From Massalongia carnosa (lineage: Eukaryota), in NCBI GenBank assembly GCA_965645245.1, contig OZ287081.1:1674001-1738000 (forward strand): a DNA stretch of 64,000 nucleotides, given 5' to 3'. The position numbers were made by a program, and so were the translations under genes. Positions 1 to 12,620 of the stretch are shown piece by piece (positions within the stretch are counted from its first letter, which is position 1; the number at the start of each line of letters is the position of its first letter). The notes beneath the pieces were generated by a model that made no database searches, was not told the origin of the DNA, and saw only the letters and a list, made by a program, of their open reading frames with translations.

Positions 1-27
1 CGAGGTATAAATGCTAAGATTTACCAG

Positions 28-2219
28 GTCCAATATGCTCTCACTCATTTCCTAGAGATCCTGGGAGTCCAGCTTCAGAGGTATTTGGTTCCACTATCAG
101 CAATGGCCCAGCATTCTCGAAGTCAGCCTATCAACTTCCTCCGCAATCTCGAGTACCAACGGAATCATACTATTCCCAGCCTTATCAAAGCAGGCCTAAT
201 TCCTTGCCTTTCGACCATCCTACATATGTTTCCAATAGATATGGGATACCGCCCCTTCAATATCAGGATAACTCACAGCCAGTTTCAGCCTCCAGCACCG
301 TTTCCATGTTTGACGATGCCACTGCTGTTCCATCGGTAGTCACCACCGCCTCCAGTTTTTCGCCAGGCCAGTCTCCACGCCTGATTGACCTTCTCCTCCC
401 GGGGACCGATCTCAATGCCCCGCCTCCGGAGTACACAGCTTACAGACCACAGCAGTCAGACATTCCATACCAGCCTGGTGGTTATCCGGTTGGATCAGCT
501 CAAAACAGCGTCAAGGGTGCGGAAGATGACGTGGAAGAAATCGTTCGACAGCCAGATCCCGCAGAAGCATGGGTGATGCATCTCCCGTCGCCTTCACCTT
601 TGTGTTCTTCAAGCTCTTTGACCAGCTCTCCTTTCGAGCTTCTTGGTTCCTTGCCTAGGCAGCTGAAGATGCCACCGGCCAGCCCGGAGATGCTCATACT
701 ACGTTTCGACCAGCAAACATGCGGAATCTTATCCGTCAAAGACGGCCCGACAGAAAACCCTTGGAGGACCATGATATGGCCTTTGGCACGAGATTCACCT
801 GCATTGTACCATGCTATTAGCTCGATGACTGCGTTTCATTCGTCTAAAGGAAAGCCAGAAATGAGAGTGAAGGGCATGGAGCACATGAAGAGTAGCATAC
901 GGCACTTGGTGGCTGGGATTCAAAAAATGCGGGTAGAAACCGCATTAGCGACGACTCTTGTTCTCGCATTTGCGGAATCGTGGGTTCAGCATGTTTCCAC
1001 TGGGATTGAATATCTTCGCGGAGCCAAGACTCTAGTCAATCAAGCATTGGAAGAACACCGGCAGAAGACACTTAAAAGCGAAGATTTCGAGCTATTGAAG
1101 TTTCTATGCAACACTTGGGTATACATGGATGTTATTGCTCGGCTCACTTCTATTGATCACGACGATTCCAACTGCTTTGATGCTGTCATAACCCTTCCCT
1201 GTGGGCCTTTTCCAGCCAACAACGAAATCGACCCTCTCCTAGGCTGCGCAAGCACCCTTTTCCCGTTGATTGGCCGCGTGGCAAACCTGATTCGTAAAGT
1301 ACGCACGAGCCAAAGCAACTCATTCACTATCATATCCCAAGCCAATGAGCTCAAAATTGCGGTAGAATGTTGGGAGCCACCCACGCTATTCGAAGCTCCG
1401 GAGGACCCCACGTCAGAAATCCAGCACAGCTTGCAAACCGCCGAGGCGTATCGTTGGGCTACGCTCTTATACCTCCACCAAGCAGTCCCGGAGATCCCCT
1501 CCAGAAGCGCGGCCGAGTTGGCCAAGAAAGTGCTCGTGTATCTGGCGACTGTGCCGCTTAACTCGAGAGCTATTATCATCCAGATATACCCCTTATTAGC
1601 GGCAGGCTGCGAGGCCATAGGTCAAGAGGACCGCGCATGGGTGAAAAAAAGATGGGCGGTCATGATGCGAAGGATGCTAATCGGCAATGTGGACCGATGC
1701 TGGGAAGTCGTAAAGGAGGTGTGGCACCGGCGGGATTGTGCCGATGAGGTGGAGAAGCGAAGTCGCCACCGCACCCGTCATGCACTTGCTTCTCGGAGCC
1801 ACCAGACCGTTGTAGCCTATCCGTTTTCGACGGAGTCGATGAAGCGCAAGTTCAAGCCGGACGACGGGGTTGCGAACGTTGCCTCTTTCATTGCTTCCGA
1901 CGGCTATGGTGGAACCAGCAACAAGCGACGAGCCAACGCTACCACCCGAACCTTGAGTCGTATGGCTTCTGACCCGTCGTCATCGTCGTCGTCCTCGTTG
2001 ACGGAAAGCGACTTCGAGCCGCTGCCAAGGAAAAACTCAGTGGATTCGATGGAGGGTTTTGATTTTGAGCGGACGGTGCGTGGGCGGCTGCATTGGGTTG
2101 GGGTGATGAAGGATTGGAGCTGGGAAGGTGAGTTGTCCACCAGGAAAGTGTACTTTCTTCTCATCCCGTGGGATTGGATTCAGGCTAAATGACCTTGCGC
2201 AATAGTATTGCTAGGATAG
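28..2219 (+). CDS. Acr-2-like fungal-specific transcription factor (Fungal_trans_2 domain); 5' end lies outside the window
   Basis: The frame of ORF 204..2192 is open back to an AG acceptor at 26-27. Motifs include RFDQQTCGILSVKDGPTENPWRTMIWPLARDSPALYHAI, WVYMDVIARLT, IDPLLGCASTLFP and RGRLHWVGVMKDWSWE. Terminal intron 2128-2205 (GTGAGT..AATAG) gives the last exon VLLG*. Confidence 0.8.
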
Positions 2220-3731
2220 TTGTCTGGGATCCGCGTGACTGGTTCGAATATGGACCGGACAACGCTCTCTTCTTCCCTGGATTTGCCTTTCACGGATTTG
2301 CTGGGAATACTTCAGTCATCCTATTTCCTCACAGTTTCGAACTGCGTGCTTCCAGCCTCATATTTCACCTCAGCTTCCTTCCTCCTCCCCCCTCTGTGCT
2401 TTTCGCAATCTTCCTTAAAAACAGACTCACGAGCCAATACCCCTCTTCTCTCCTTTACCTTTAACCCAGGGGAAAAGCCATTGGAGTGGCGTACAGCGAC
2501 TAAAGGATTTTCAGGGGAACGGCTGTATGAAAAAGTTCTTTGAGGCTACAAGTTCCCCATGGTTTGGAGGTCTAGGACTCATAGCTATACCCAAAAAGCG
2601 AGGTGGGAGTATTTGGGGAATGTGAAGTATTGAGATTGCTTATATTCTCTACTTTTTGGGGGGGGGGGTGGAGGGGGTGGGGGATTAAGGAATTTTGTTG
2701 AGATACCCTGTGACGTGGGGTTATCCATGGGCCATGGTGGTACATACCTGCTTTTAGCTTGCATCGATGGGTCAAAAAAGGGGTTCAGGCACCATAATTC
2801 ACACTCTCTACCTTTTGGCGCTCTCACGTTGAGCTTATCTTGCTTAACCCCGCGGCCTATGTTCGCTGCCTTTGGCTGCCTCGACCAAAATCTTGATATT
2901 GTTTACATCTATCTCAACGACGACAAGATGAGGGTGGCAAGTTCAAGATCTACATGCTTTTGCGTGGAGGTTTCTTTCTCCTTTATTTTAGGTGAGATTA
3001 TGCTGGGTCTTCGTTATGGTGTTAAAAGTGGTTAGATTTGAGGATAGCTTTTGACCGGCTAGAAGGTACCTGGAGAGGATAAGGCTTGAAAACTTGGTTT
3101 GGAAGGCGGGGACTTCGGGGAGAAAATGATGATTCACTCAAGAGGCGGAAGGGGTGAGTTCTTGGCGTTCAGGTGAATCTGATGGTCATGTATGTAGAAG
3201 TAACCGGGTCGGTTGTTTTACTCGCACAGCTAACGGTTCATTGGGGAGCAATGTCTCGAGGAATAAAACTGGAGGTGTTTTTCAGACAAAAGGTTCAAAA
3301 GGTATTGGGTATTGTAATGGTGGAATCATGATACGCGGGTTGTAAGATTTTCCCCTCTGAAGGTATGGAGTACGAGCTAGGTATGATGAGAAGTGCCGTA
3401 CGACGAAATCCTGCTTGATGATCACGTAAAGGAGGGGCTAGCGCAGACCTGCCGAAATTGGAAACGCGGGCAAAAATCCGATTTCTTACACGATGCTCGG
3501 GCCCTTTCCCCCCTTCCATACGTACAATTTCCCTTCTCATTACCACCCACGTACTCTATCCAACCCCATCCTTCCCACTTCTTATTACGGAGTATCGTAT
3601 TGAAACCTCATCTGTCCACACCACTTTTTGTTGCCTCCTTCACTAGGCGGAAACCGATTACTTCGTATTACGAACTCGGCCCTCCGCCCCCGTCATCGAT
3701 ACGTCTCCAAATACCGGCTTTCTCAATGAAA

Positions 3732-4999
3732 ATGGGTAGAATAGGTGACGGCGACGTGCACGCCGCCTATGTCGAGTTTCGCGCAAAGGAATCCGACAAG
3801 GTAAAAATTCCTCCTCATCATCATCCCATCATCCACTCCTGCCCAGACATCTTGTACCTTCCCCTCGTCTTCTTCTTCTTCCTCTTCCTCTTCTTCTTCC
3901 TCGTCACCATCCACTCCACTTCCATCGTCGTCGTTTTCCATCACCTCCCCCACCAACCCCACATCCCGCGAGCAACCCATGTCGCTCACGATCCATGATT
4001 AAATCGTACAGTGTCTCTCGGCACAATGCATCTACTGCCAATCCGTACGCGCAAAGAACACCAGCCGCCAGCGCTCTCATCTGCTCGAATGCCCCAACTA
4101 TCTCAGCGCCATGAAGGAGCACAATCCGGACAACCCGATCCTGCACGAAGCCGTCAACGGCACCCCTGTCGCCACGCCAAACAAGGCTCCCAAGAAACGC
4201 GATCTTGACAATATGCTCAACGGCTTTCAAGGCGACTCCTCCGCTTCTCGTGCCTGGACCATCCCCAAACCCTCGCTAGAGCGTGACTTCCAGATGAGCG
4301 TGCAGCTGAACCCAAAGATCTCCGTTGGCCCAGGTATTTGGGGCCAGCGCAACTGGATTAGCTATATCAGTGGGCATTGGAACGGCCGTTGGGGCAAAGG
4401 CACCGTAGTGGTAAGCCTTTCATCATCCTTTTCTTTCTCGTGTCGCATGTGAAACACCTCGTCTCCTATCTTCTTCACCTATTCCCCTCGACAGGTACGA
4501 TCACCACTGCTTACACGCCGTAACAGCCCGGCGGGCAAGACTCCCAGCTCGTAGCTCCTGACCTCTCCACCCATCTCGATGCTAATTTCCTTCTACAAAC
4601 CCACGACCACCCACCCGCGTTCATCTCCGTCAAGACCGAAGGGTGGCGCGTCGGCCCCCGTGATGTGCTCGAAAAGCTTGAAGACCCCACCCTTGCGGAC
4701 GAGGTGGACCCCAAGTCATACTCCTTCCGTTTGTACGTTCACATGGAGACGGGCGATGCGCGTTACCTGCACCTGAATACCGGCATGTGGATTGGAAGTG
4801 GCATTCGTCGCGGCACTGAAGGTATGTGGCTACCTGTTGCCGTTGTCGTCATGGTTATCGTCGATGATCGTTTGTTTCGCGAGAAGGTTAGGATAGTAAG
4901 AAAGATGAAATGATGACGTTTGCTATTTGCTGGTATATAAAACAGGAGACGCTAATCCTGTTCTTTACAGTGATCTACGATGCCTACCGTGTCGTCTAA
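3732..4999 (+). CDS. DUF3237-family protein with N-terminal BED-like zinc finger (4 exons)
   Basis: The spliced reading is MGRIGDGDVHAAYVEFRAKESDK|CLSAQCIYCQSVRAKNTSRQRSHLLECPNY...GQRNWISYISGHWNGRWGKGTVV|PGGQDSQL...FRLYVHMETGDARYLHLNTGMWIGSG..|VIYDAYRVV*. GT-AG introns lie at about 3801-4011, 4411-4526 and 4822-4970. Confidence 0.8.
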
Positions 5000-6035
5000 G
5001 TCCGCCCGGCCGCAGACAAAGGATATTCCAGCTCCGAAACCCTTTCCGCGTTAGGAAGAACTCTACAACTTAGCTTGAAATTCCCAATATTAGGAAGGAG
5101 CTTCTTCTAAATTTTTCGGGGAAGAGGGAGATGCGTAAAATTTGGCGAATGAGTACAAGCTTTTTTCCCGGGGCGTGCTTTGTTGTGGGTGGTGCCTTAG
5201 CTTTTTTTTTCCCTTCTTCTTCTTTCCCTTTTCCTCTTTTGGCTCCCTTATCTCCCTTCCCCAACACCCCTTCCCTCTCAAAACGGTATTACTAGCTAGC
5301 GTAGCTACTGGTGTAGCTTCTCCCTTCCTATCTTCTCTCTCTTCCTTTCCCGTGAGCGAGAACCACCGAAGTAGCTAATGCTGGTCATTTATTTCGAAAG
5401 GGAGAGGAAGATAAGGAGGTGCGGGAATTTCGGATAAAGGTGATTGATTGGTTCAGGGGAGCGGTCAAGGATGGTGGAAACGTGATACCTAGCTATGAAA
5501 CTACCTTTACTACCTACCACATACTTACATACCCTCACGAGGCTTGCGGGTGGACTTCTGCTGCCCTTTACCCTTCACTCAATAACATGTACACATTCTT
5601 CCCTTTCTTTGTTCTGGGGCCTTTCTTTAGTCGGAAAGAGGGAGGGGGGGGGGAGAGGGTGTACAAGGAGTAGGAAGAAGGGAAGGGATAGGGCAATACC
5701 TCTACCTTCTAAGCTTCTAGCTACTCTTTCTCTCCCCTCCCCTCCACCTCATCACGTTTTATACAAAACAGAAAAACAAACGAAGGAGCGGAAGGAGAAT
5801 GATCGCCATGAAGCCAATCAACTCGATCAGTCAACTTTTGCGCTAATACCAGAATGAATGATTGCCTGGTTGATTTACCAAGAAACGTTCCCTACCCTCC
5901 CAAAGTTTATTCAAACCCTTGAGAAACCCACACATCCACACATCCATCTATATATCTGTATAAGCTCTCTCTCTCTCTTTCTCTCTCACTACCTTCCTTC
6001 CTTCCCGCCGGTTCTGGCTCCTTGCTCTGGTGGAA

Positions 6036-7820
6036 GTTGGAATACTCACTTAGCCTCATTAGCTCTACCTCAGACACTGCAGGCTTGCCGTGATTGCTAC
6101 GTATAAGCAGTCACCTCTGTGATAATTTCAACGTTATGCCGTCAACTTTTTATTGAACAGTGGGAAGGAGGGGGGAAGAGGGGGGCGGGGGGTTTCTCTA
6201 GATTATTAGGTAGATAGGGAGGTGGATGGATGGATAACTTATAGATTAAGAGAAAGAAGGGGTGGTAAGCTATGTACATCCATCTCCTTCCACTCCGCTC
6301 CGATACTCTAGCGCACCTATGAGTCTCGTGATGCTGTATGTACTATCCCCGGAGTTGCCAGCATGGAGGAACCAAAAAAAGGTAATGAGCAGAAGGACTA
6401 GCTATCACGAGCAAAAAAACTGCAATCTTCCCTTATTGAGGTCTGTAGTTGAGACTGTGCATTCCCAGCGACACCCTTGCAAGCCAACCCAGTATCTTGT
6501 CCTCGCTCACGCCACATCGGTACGTAGTCCTATGGCCAACTGAGCTCTTAGCTTCTTCTTCTTCTCAGCTGCTCCCAAGCCCAACTCCTGCAGAAGGCGG
6601 TTGGGAGCCTTCACTACACTCAGATTATTGGCTTTCTCATCTTTTAAAAGCTTTTTTCTCGGAAATCTCACTAACCTCTCTCTCTCTCTCTCTCTCTCTC
6701 CTCGCCTGCAATGGGCGAGTTTGTCTGGGGAAATCCGTCGACTTGTTGATTGGCGGCATTGTGTAGAGGAGATAGGGGCTGGTCTGCGTTACGTAACATG
6801 CCGATTTCTAATCGTGCAGAGTTCTTATGCTCGCTGAAAGTTTCTTGTCCATATTTTTTACTTTACGATGTGGTGATGTTAGTCGACTTAGTTGGCTGTC
6901 GTCCTGAGCCTATTGCTGCTAATCTGTCTTTCCGTGCCGTCGAGACGTCGAGTGAGGCCTTGCAACTCGACTCGTATGTTTCGTGGTACTTGCAGGATAG
7001 CGACTTCTTACTGTAGAGCCGGAATTAAAGTGGGTTGAAATCATATCAAAGTCTGGCTGTGCTTGCCATGATATTCAACTAAATGAAAAAGGAAGAACCC
7101 TTCGTAACCTTTAGAGCGAGTTTTGGGGTCTTTTATTTGAATCAAGCTTCCTTAGGGCTTGAGTTTCTATTCATTCGTAAACTGATGGTTTAGATAACTA
7201 TGAACACCCAAAAATCCTTTGAACAAAGTCATCAGAAAGATTAGGCTTTCGGGTGAAATAGATAGATCTGTTGGAATACTCGCTTAGCCTCATTAGCTCT
7301 ACCTTAGCCACTGCAGGCTGCCGTGGCTGCTAAGCAGTCACCTCTGTGGTAATTTCAACGTTAAGCCGTCAACTATTTATTGAATAGTGGGGAAGGAGGA
7401 GGGAAGAGGGGGGCGGGGGTTTCTCTAGATTTTTAGGTAGATAGGAAGGTGGATGGATGGATAACTGATAGATTGAGGGAGAGGGGGAGGGGTAAAGATT
7501 TGTACATCCATCTCTGCTCCGCCGTACTGAGGTTCTTTTTTTTCTAGTGACACCCTCATAAGCTAACCTAGTATCTTGTCCTCGCTCACGCTACATCTGT
7601 ACGGAGCCCTACAGCCAACTGAGCTCTTTGCTTCTTCTTCTCAGCAGTGCCGGTTGCTCCCAAGCCTAACTCCTGTAGAAGGCGGTTGAGAGCCTCCACT
7701 ACACTCAGATTATCAGCTTTCTCATCTTTCAAAGGCTATTTTCTCGGAATCTCGCTAACCTCTCATCGCCTGTAAAAGGCGCGGCATCAGGGGAAACTCG
7801 TCAATGGGTTGGTTGGAGGT
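6036..7820. repeat. Diverged tandem direct duplication (units start at about 6036 and 7270)
   Basis: GTTGGAATACTC(A/G)CTTAGCCTCATTAGCTCTACC..., AAGCAGTCACCTCTGTG..AATTTCAACGTTA..GCCGTCAACT, AGTATCTTGTCCTCGCTCACG and CACTACACTCAGATTAT occur in both copies in the same order. Confidence 0.9.
6507..7069 (-). pseudogene. Small coiled-coil / Mug135(DUF1773)-like gene, copy A (frameshifted)
   Basis: Minus-strand fragments read QPDFDMISTHFNS, EHKNSARLEIGMLRNADQPLSPLHNAANQQVDGFPQT and NRLLQELGLGAAEKKKKLRAQLAIGLRTDVA*. Intron positions match copy B. A (GA)n expansion sits at the end of exon 2. Confidence 0.7.
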
Positions 7821-8169
7821 AGAATGAAGTGGAAAAAGCGGCTAGTCTGCATCGTAAAGCATACTATTCTCTAATCTTGCCAGGTTGTTATGCTCGCAGA
7901 AAATTTTTTGTCAATACCTCTACCTTAATGTTTCGAAGAGAAGTGACTTACTTAGATATAGTTCTTAGCTCGAGAATCCCCAGCCGCCCATCAATGCCGT
8001 CCAAACGCCCATCAATACGGTCAAGACGCCTATTTATCTGCTGTAAAGCTTCTAGGATTGCGTTTCCCTCTTGAACGGCAGGAATGTTGGAAAATTTCGC
8101 AAGCTCACGGGCGGCATTGCTAAATAAGGTGGATATGAGGTCAAAGTTAGGTTGTTCATTCTGAGCCAT
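7586..8169 (-). pseudogene. Small coiled-coil / Mug135(DUF1773)-like gene, copy B (3 exons; premature stop, mutated acceptor)
   Basis: Exon 1 (8169-7952): MAQNEQPNFDLISTLFSNAARELAKFSNIPAVQEGNAILEALQQINRRLDRIDGRLDGIDGRLGILELRTISN. Exon 2 (7896-7760): EHNNLARLENSMLYDAD*PLFPLHSTSNQPIDEFPLMPRLLQAMR. Exon 3 (7698-7586): VEALNRLLQELGLGATGTAEKKKQRAQLAVGLRTDVA*. Confidence 0.75.
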
Positions 8170-8337
8170 TATTTTAATAAAAATGGAGAGGTTTGTATAG
8201 TGATAAGAAGTTTTATGGTGTGGTGAGGCGGAATTGTGTGAATATTTGTTATTTGTTGGAGAAGAATACTGAGCGATCTTTGAATTAAATTTATAGTGGA
8301 ACCGGAGATTTGTGTTGTTGGGGGGATCCGACACCGG

Positions 8338-9762
8338 ACAGGCTCTTTCTTTGGTTGAACATGGAGTTGGAATAGATGCAGCTGCTACAGCCTCCGGTAT
8401 GACTTCTATAACCGTCAGACGTCTGAGAAAAAAAGCTAGAGAACGAGGTTTTGATCCGGAGGTCTCTTCTGTTATGAAAGAAGAATATTTCAAAGATGCA
8501 CCTCGTTCAGGTCGTCCACCGAAGGTGACTTCGGAGGTTGAATCTGACATTTTGACAACAGTTCGAAAAGACGCAAATGGTCGAGAAAACCCAGCCGCAG
8601 TACTTGCATATGGGCACAATGTCTCCGCAACAACTATTCTTCGAGTTTTAAAACGCAATCGTTTGCGATGGCGTAAAACAAATAAAAAACCCGGTCTCAC
8701 TCCTGCAATGATGGAGGCTCGATATCAGTTCGCCTTGCGACATGAACACTGGACGATCGAAGACTGGAAGAAGGTCATTTGGACCGACGAAACAAGCGTT
8801 TGTTTGAGCACTCGTCGAGCCTGCATACGAGTATGGCGCGACTCAACCGAATCGTACAATAAAACTTGCGTTCGTCGACGATGGAAAGGATATTCGGAGT
8901 TCATGTTTTGGGGTTCTTTTAGTTATGATAAGAAAGGTTCTATGCACATTTGGAAAGACGAGACCGCTGCTGAAAAGAAAGCTGCAATTGAGCATTTGAA
9001 ACGACTCAACGACATTGCAGAACCTGCAGCGAAAGAAGAATGGGAATTAATCAACGCAATAAGACGAATGGGACTACGAAATCCTGGAGGTCGAAAGCCC
9101 AAATTGGACATGGAACAAAGCTCACGGTAAAATGGAGCGAGATGGTAAAGGAAAATTTGACTGGTATCGCTATCAAATTCACATATTAATTCTCAAATTG
9201 ATTCCCTTTGCTCTTCACTGCATGATAAATCGTTTGGACACTTTGATATAGGAAGACAAGGCTCTCAGTCATGTTTGTAAGCATCAGGATCAGATATTTA
9301 TGAATGCAGGAGTTATGCGCTTGATTTGGTCCGGAAATTCTCCTGATCTCAATATGATCGAGACTTGTTGGGCCTGGATGAAGCGACAAACCACTCGAAG
9401 GGGCTGTCCGATGAACAGAATCATCATGGAAAAGGTTTGGACTCGGTGCTGGAAAAAGAAATTGACTCAGAAACGTATTCAGCACTGGATTGAGCGCATA
9501 TCTCGTCATATTCAGCAGGTTATAGCTTTAAAGGGTGGAAATTAGTATCGCGAAGGTTTCACCGAAGCAGAAAGCGGAGTTCGTCTTTATATCAGTGAAG
9601 AACGAAAAGAACGATATGATCGAGGTCAACGAGGCCTTCGAGCTGGTGATAATAGTAATAGATGACGAGGTGGATGACTAGAAATTCCAGAATTCGGCAC
9701 TATAATCTGCCAAGACACTAGTATTAGCTTTAAATTAGCGTATTATCAGGACTTTCGGTGTC
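8338..9762 (+). mobile_element. Defective, 5'-truncated Tc1/mariner (DD34E) element; same family as 37338-39087
   Basis: HTH region DAPRSGRPPKVT, then IWTDETS, EDKA and SPDLNMIE. Lesions: +1 frameshift near 9101, stops at 9249 and 9543. A right-TIR remnant TTAGCG..AGGACTTTCGGTGTCA lies at about 9736-9763. No left TIR or ATG was found. Confidence 0.85.
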
Positions 9763-10879
9763 AAAGAACGGCAAACTTTCATAGTTACCCTGCCAGGACC
9801 CCTCCGACTCGCCACCAAATGAGAGACGCATGATCAGATACGAGAACAATGAGATCCTTGAGAAAAGAAAAGAAGCAAATGAACTACTATTGATACAACA
9901 ATTGTACAGGTAGTGAAACTAGGTCAACATGCCTGACTCCATTAGCCAGGTTCAGTGGTTTAAATGATTCGGCATCGCGAGATATGAGATCCATAAGTCT
10001 GCAATACATGATTACATGCTGAGTTTCTATATTGATTGAATAGCTATTACGATAAATGCAGAACTCTGCTCAGCATTTCTAGGCATTACCGCCATTCGAG
10101 CTTCTCCTTGCCTATTGTGTGCTAACATTTTCTCTCTTATATTCTCTTAGCAATCACGCACTTTTCCAGCTTCATATTCTTTTAATCAACCGTGGCATTT
10201 TATTATACCACACATGTGCGCATTACTCTCTTTATTTTTATATTCCTTCCAAGCCCTAGACTTGGAATATATAGCCCGGAGAAGAGGTGTTGTATTTACA
10301 AATCGGTCAATTTAGGCCGTCGAAATCAATATTATTGGGGCTGGTTTCCTATTTCTAAAGCGAATAGTATAAAGCTACCATATTATTGCCAAACCGGCGC
10401 TTTATGGAGCTATTCACCATTTCTGATATGAGAAATGGGCCCCTTAGAGTGGGTTTATCGAGATAAAAGATTTGGAGCTGCGGACTAGACGACACAATGG
10501 CATGGTATAAAAAATCTAATTTTTTCGTTCATCGTATTATGAATTCTCCCTATCCACATGAGAGATGCTCATCGTCAATGACCTTCATATGGTAGAGCAG
10601 TCGTCGCTTACCCTCGGTGCCATAGTGTCTGCGAATCTGTGTGCTGCATAGGTAGAAAGAACCTAAATGGACTACATTGGAACAAGATGACAGCAATAGA
10701 GAGAAGTAAGCGCCAATACATATAGCGCTCATGGCAGCAGAAGCTCAGAAAGCAACACCGAGGAGACTAGTGAGGCTAGCCGACTCCGAATCAGCGAACC
10801 ACTTGTGAATGATGGAGCTTGCAAACCGGCATGCTCAGGTACTAAGGAAGGTCGGCTGCTTGCTATTATCTGAGAAGAT

Positions 10880-12620
10880 CAGAACCTCACAGCTCGGAAA
10901 ATGATTAAAATCATCTACCTAAGGCTAGATTAAAGACATGGGCGAAAAGCTGTGGAATTCATTGTGGGAGAGCTGCGAATATAATCTCAAGCCACGACTG
11001 AACCCTTCTAAGATTAACTAAAGAATGCGCTAAAAACGATAGTTGATCCGGAACGTCGAAGGCAGACAAAGCTGCATTGAACAATAGAGCACGCTCTGGC
11101 AAGGTCAAGCTGCTGGAATAAAAAACAAAAAGCCACAAGGTATATCAGTATAAATGTATAACTATCTTTGATAGAATTAAAAAAGAAAGACGTTTCATGA
11201 CCCTCACAATACCACTTTTCTCTTGGCGTCACAGTCAGTTATGGATGAAAAGCCGCTATCTCTTCATACTGTTTTCCTCCAGGTGTCCCAACAGACAATG
11301 TTTTCTTATAATCTTGTTAAGGGGATCTTCAAAGCTCTCATAACATTTGCAGACCATTGGCTTATACTAAATTCGAGCAGCTGTGTAAAAAGAAAAACGT
11401 CTAGAAAAGGCATCATACATTAAAGTCGTGTGTGGTTCCTAAAACAGAAATGTGGAGAAAAATTTGAGAATCTGAAGTGTAAGATCCGAGGCTGCTGGCG
11501 CTTTGTGGGTTTTCCTCTCTAATCAATCCCTAAATTTTCTTTAAGTCTTACCTGATGTCAAAGGGGTTTTTTTCCACCTGCGTTGACATATTCAAGTACA
11601 CAGAAAGTCAACGCTATTCTGCAAGAGCTTTATGATATGCGGGTCCAGTTACAAGGTGTCATCCGGCGTCTCGATGGCTCAGGACCACCGGAACACTAGG
11701 GCTAATATTCGATATAATGACCGTAGACCAGCGTCGCTTCAAATTTCTTCGAATGCCGACTACAAAGCATTTTAGGAGGGTTATATATATCTTGCATACG
11801 TGAAAATCGAAGTGTTATACATCGGGTTGACAGATATAGAACACGTGTATCTTGTCCAAAGATTCATTGATATTGAAGACTTCTTACTAACCCTAATCAT
11901 AAGGGATCAAATATGACACATGAAGTAAATCCGAATCGATGTTGTTAATGGGTTATATGTTGACTTATGCTTCTATATCGGTCGGTCAACTGAGGCTCTT
12001 CCGCCTCCGTCTTGGCAGATTCTATAAGGGGAAGTTGAACAGAGATGATAAGATCTACCTCGTGAATTAAATAAACTCCTGCTCTTGGTCTGGAGTTTGA
12101 CTCGAGTTTGAGATTGTGGATCGCGACTTATAATAGCGAGACTAGGCCTGCCTTGGAAGTTACACCAGATTCCATAATTTGAACGCTCTGGCTAATCGAC
12201 GAGAACGTTCAGAGCAAACAAGACCTAGAATCTTCGCATCACTATCCTGAAGAGAATACGCCACTGTGTATAGCTGAGCAGCAGCTCTCGATGTTAGAAA
12301 CAACTCATATGAATAGAAGAAATGGTGTTAGCAAATACTTAATTAGAGCTTTCGAGAATTTAATCGAATACCCACTTCAAGCAAGCATCAAAGATGTAAC
12401 AGACTTGCTCCGACCTCAAGAAAATATCGCAGGGTATAATCCTCCTCCTACTCCACACGAACTTTTTCGGTACATTTTTCATCTCATTGATCGGCTACGC
12501 CTGCGCCTCTTTTGGCTCGATGTTTTTTCTCAGCAGAATAAAAATCGTTTATCAAGTGGATCAAAAGTCTCTTCCATATCTGCTTTTCCGGGTAAGGCAT
12601 CACCCTAAAGTTTCCTCTAG
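10880..12620 (+). pseudogene. Heavily decayed coding relic(s) of unknown family
   Basis: Short protein-like fragments (ARLKTWAKSCGIHCG at 10923; ORF 12291-12608) are broken by many stops and frameshifts. The family cannot be assigned by eye. Confidence 0.25.

Noticed and set aside
7948..8700. 250-aa minus-strand ORF
   Set aside because: Most of it is the antisense shadow of the transposase plus spacer. Only the last ~73 codons (from ATG 8169) are exon 1 of the small gene.
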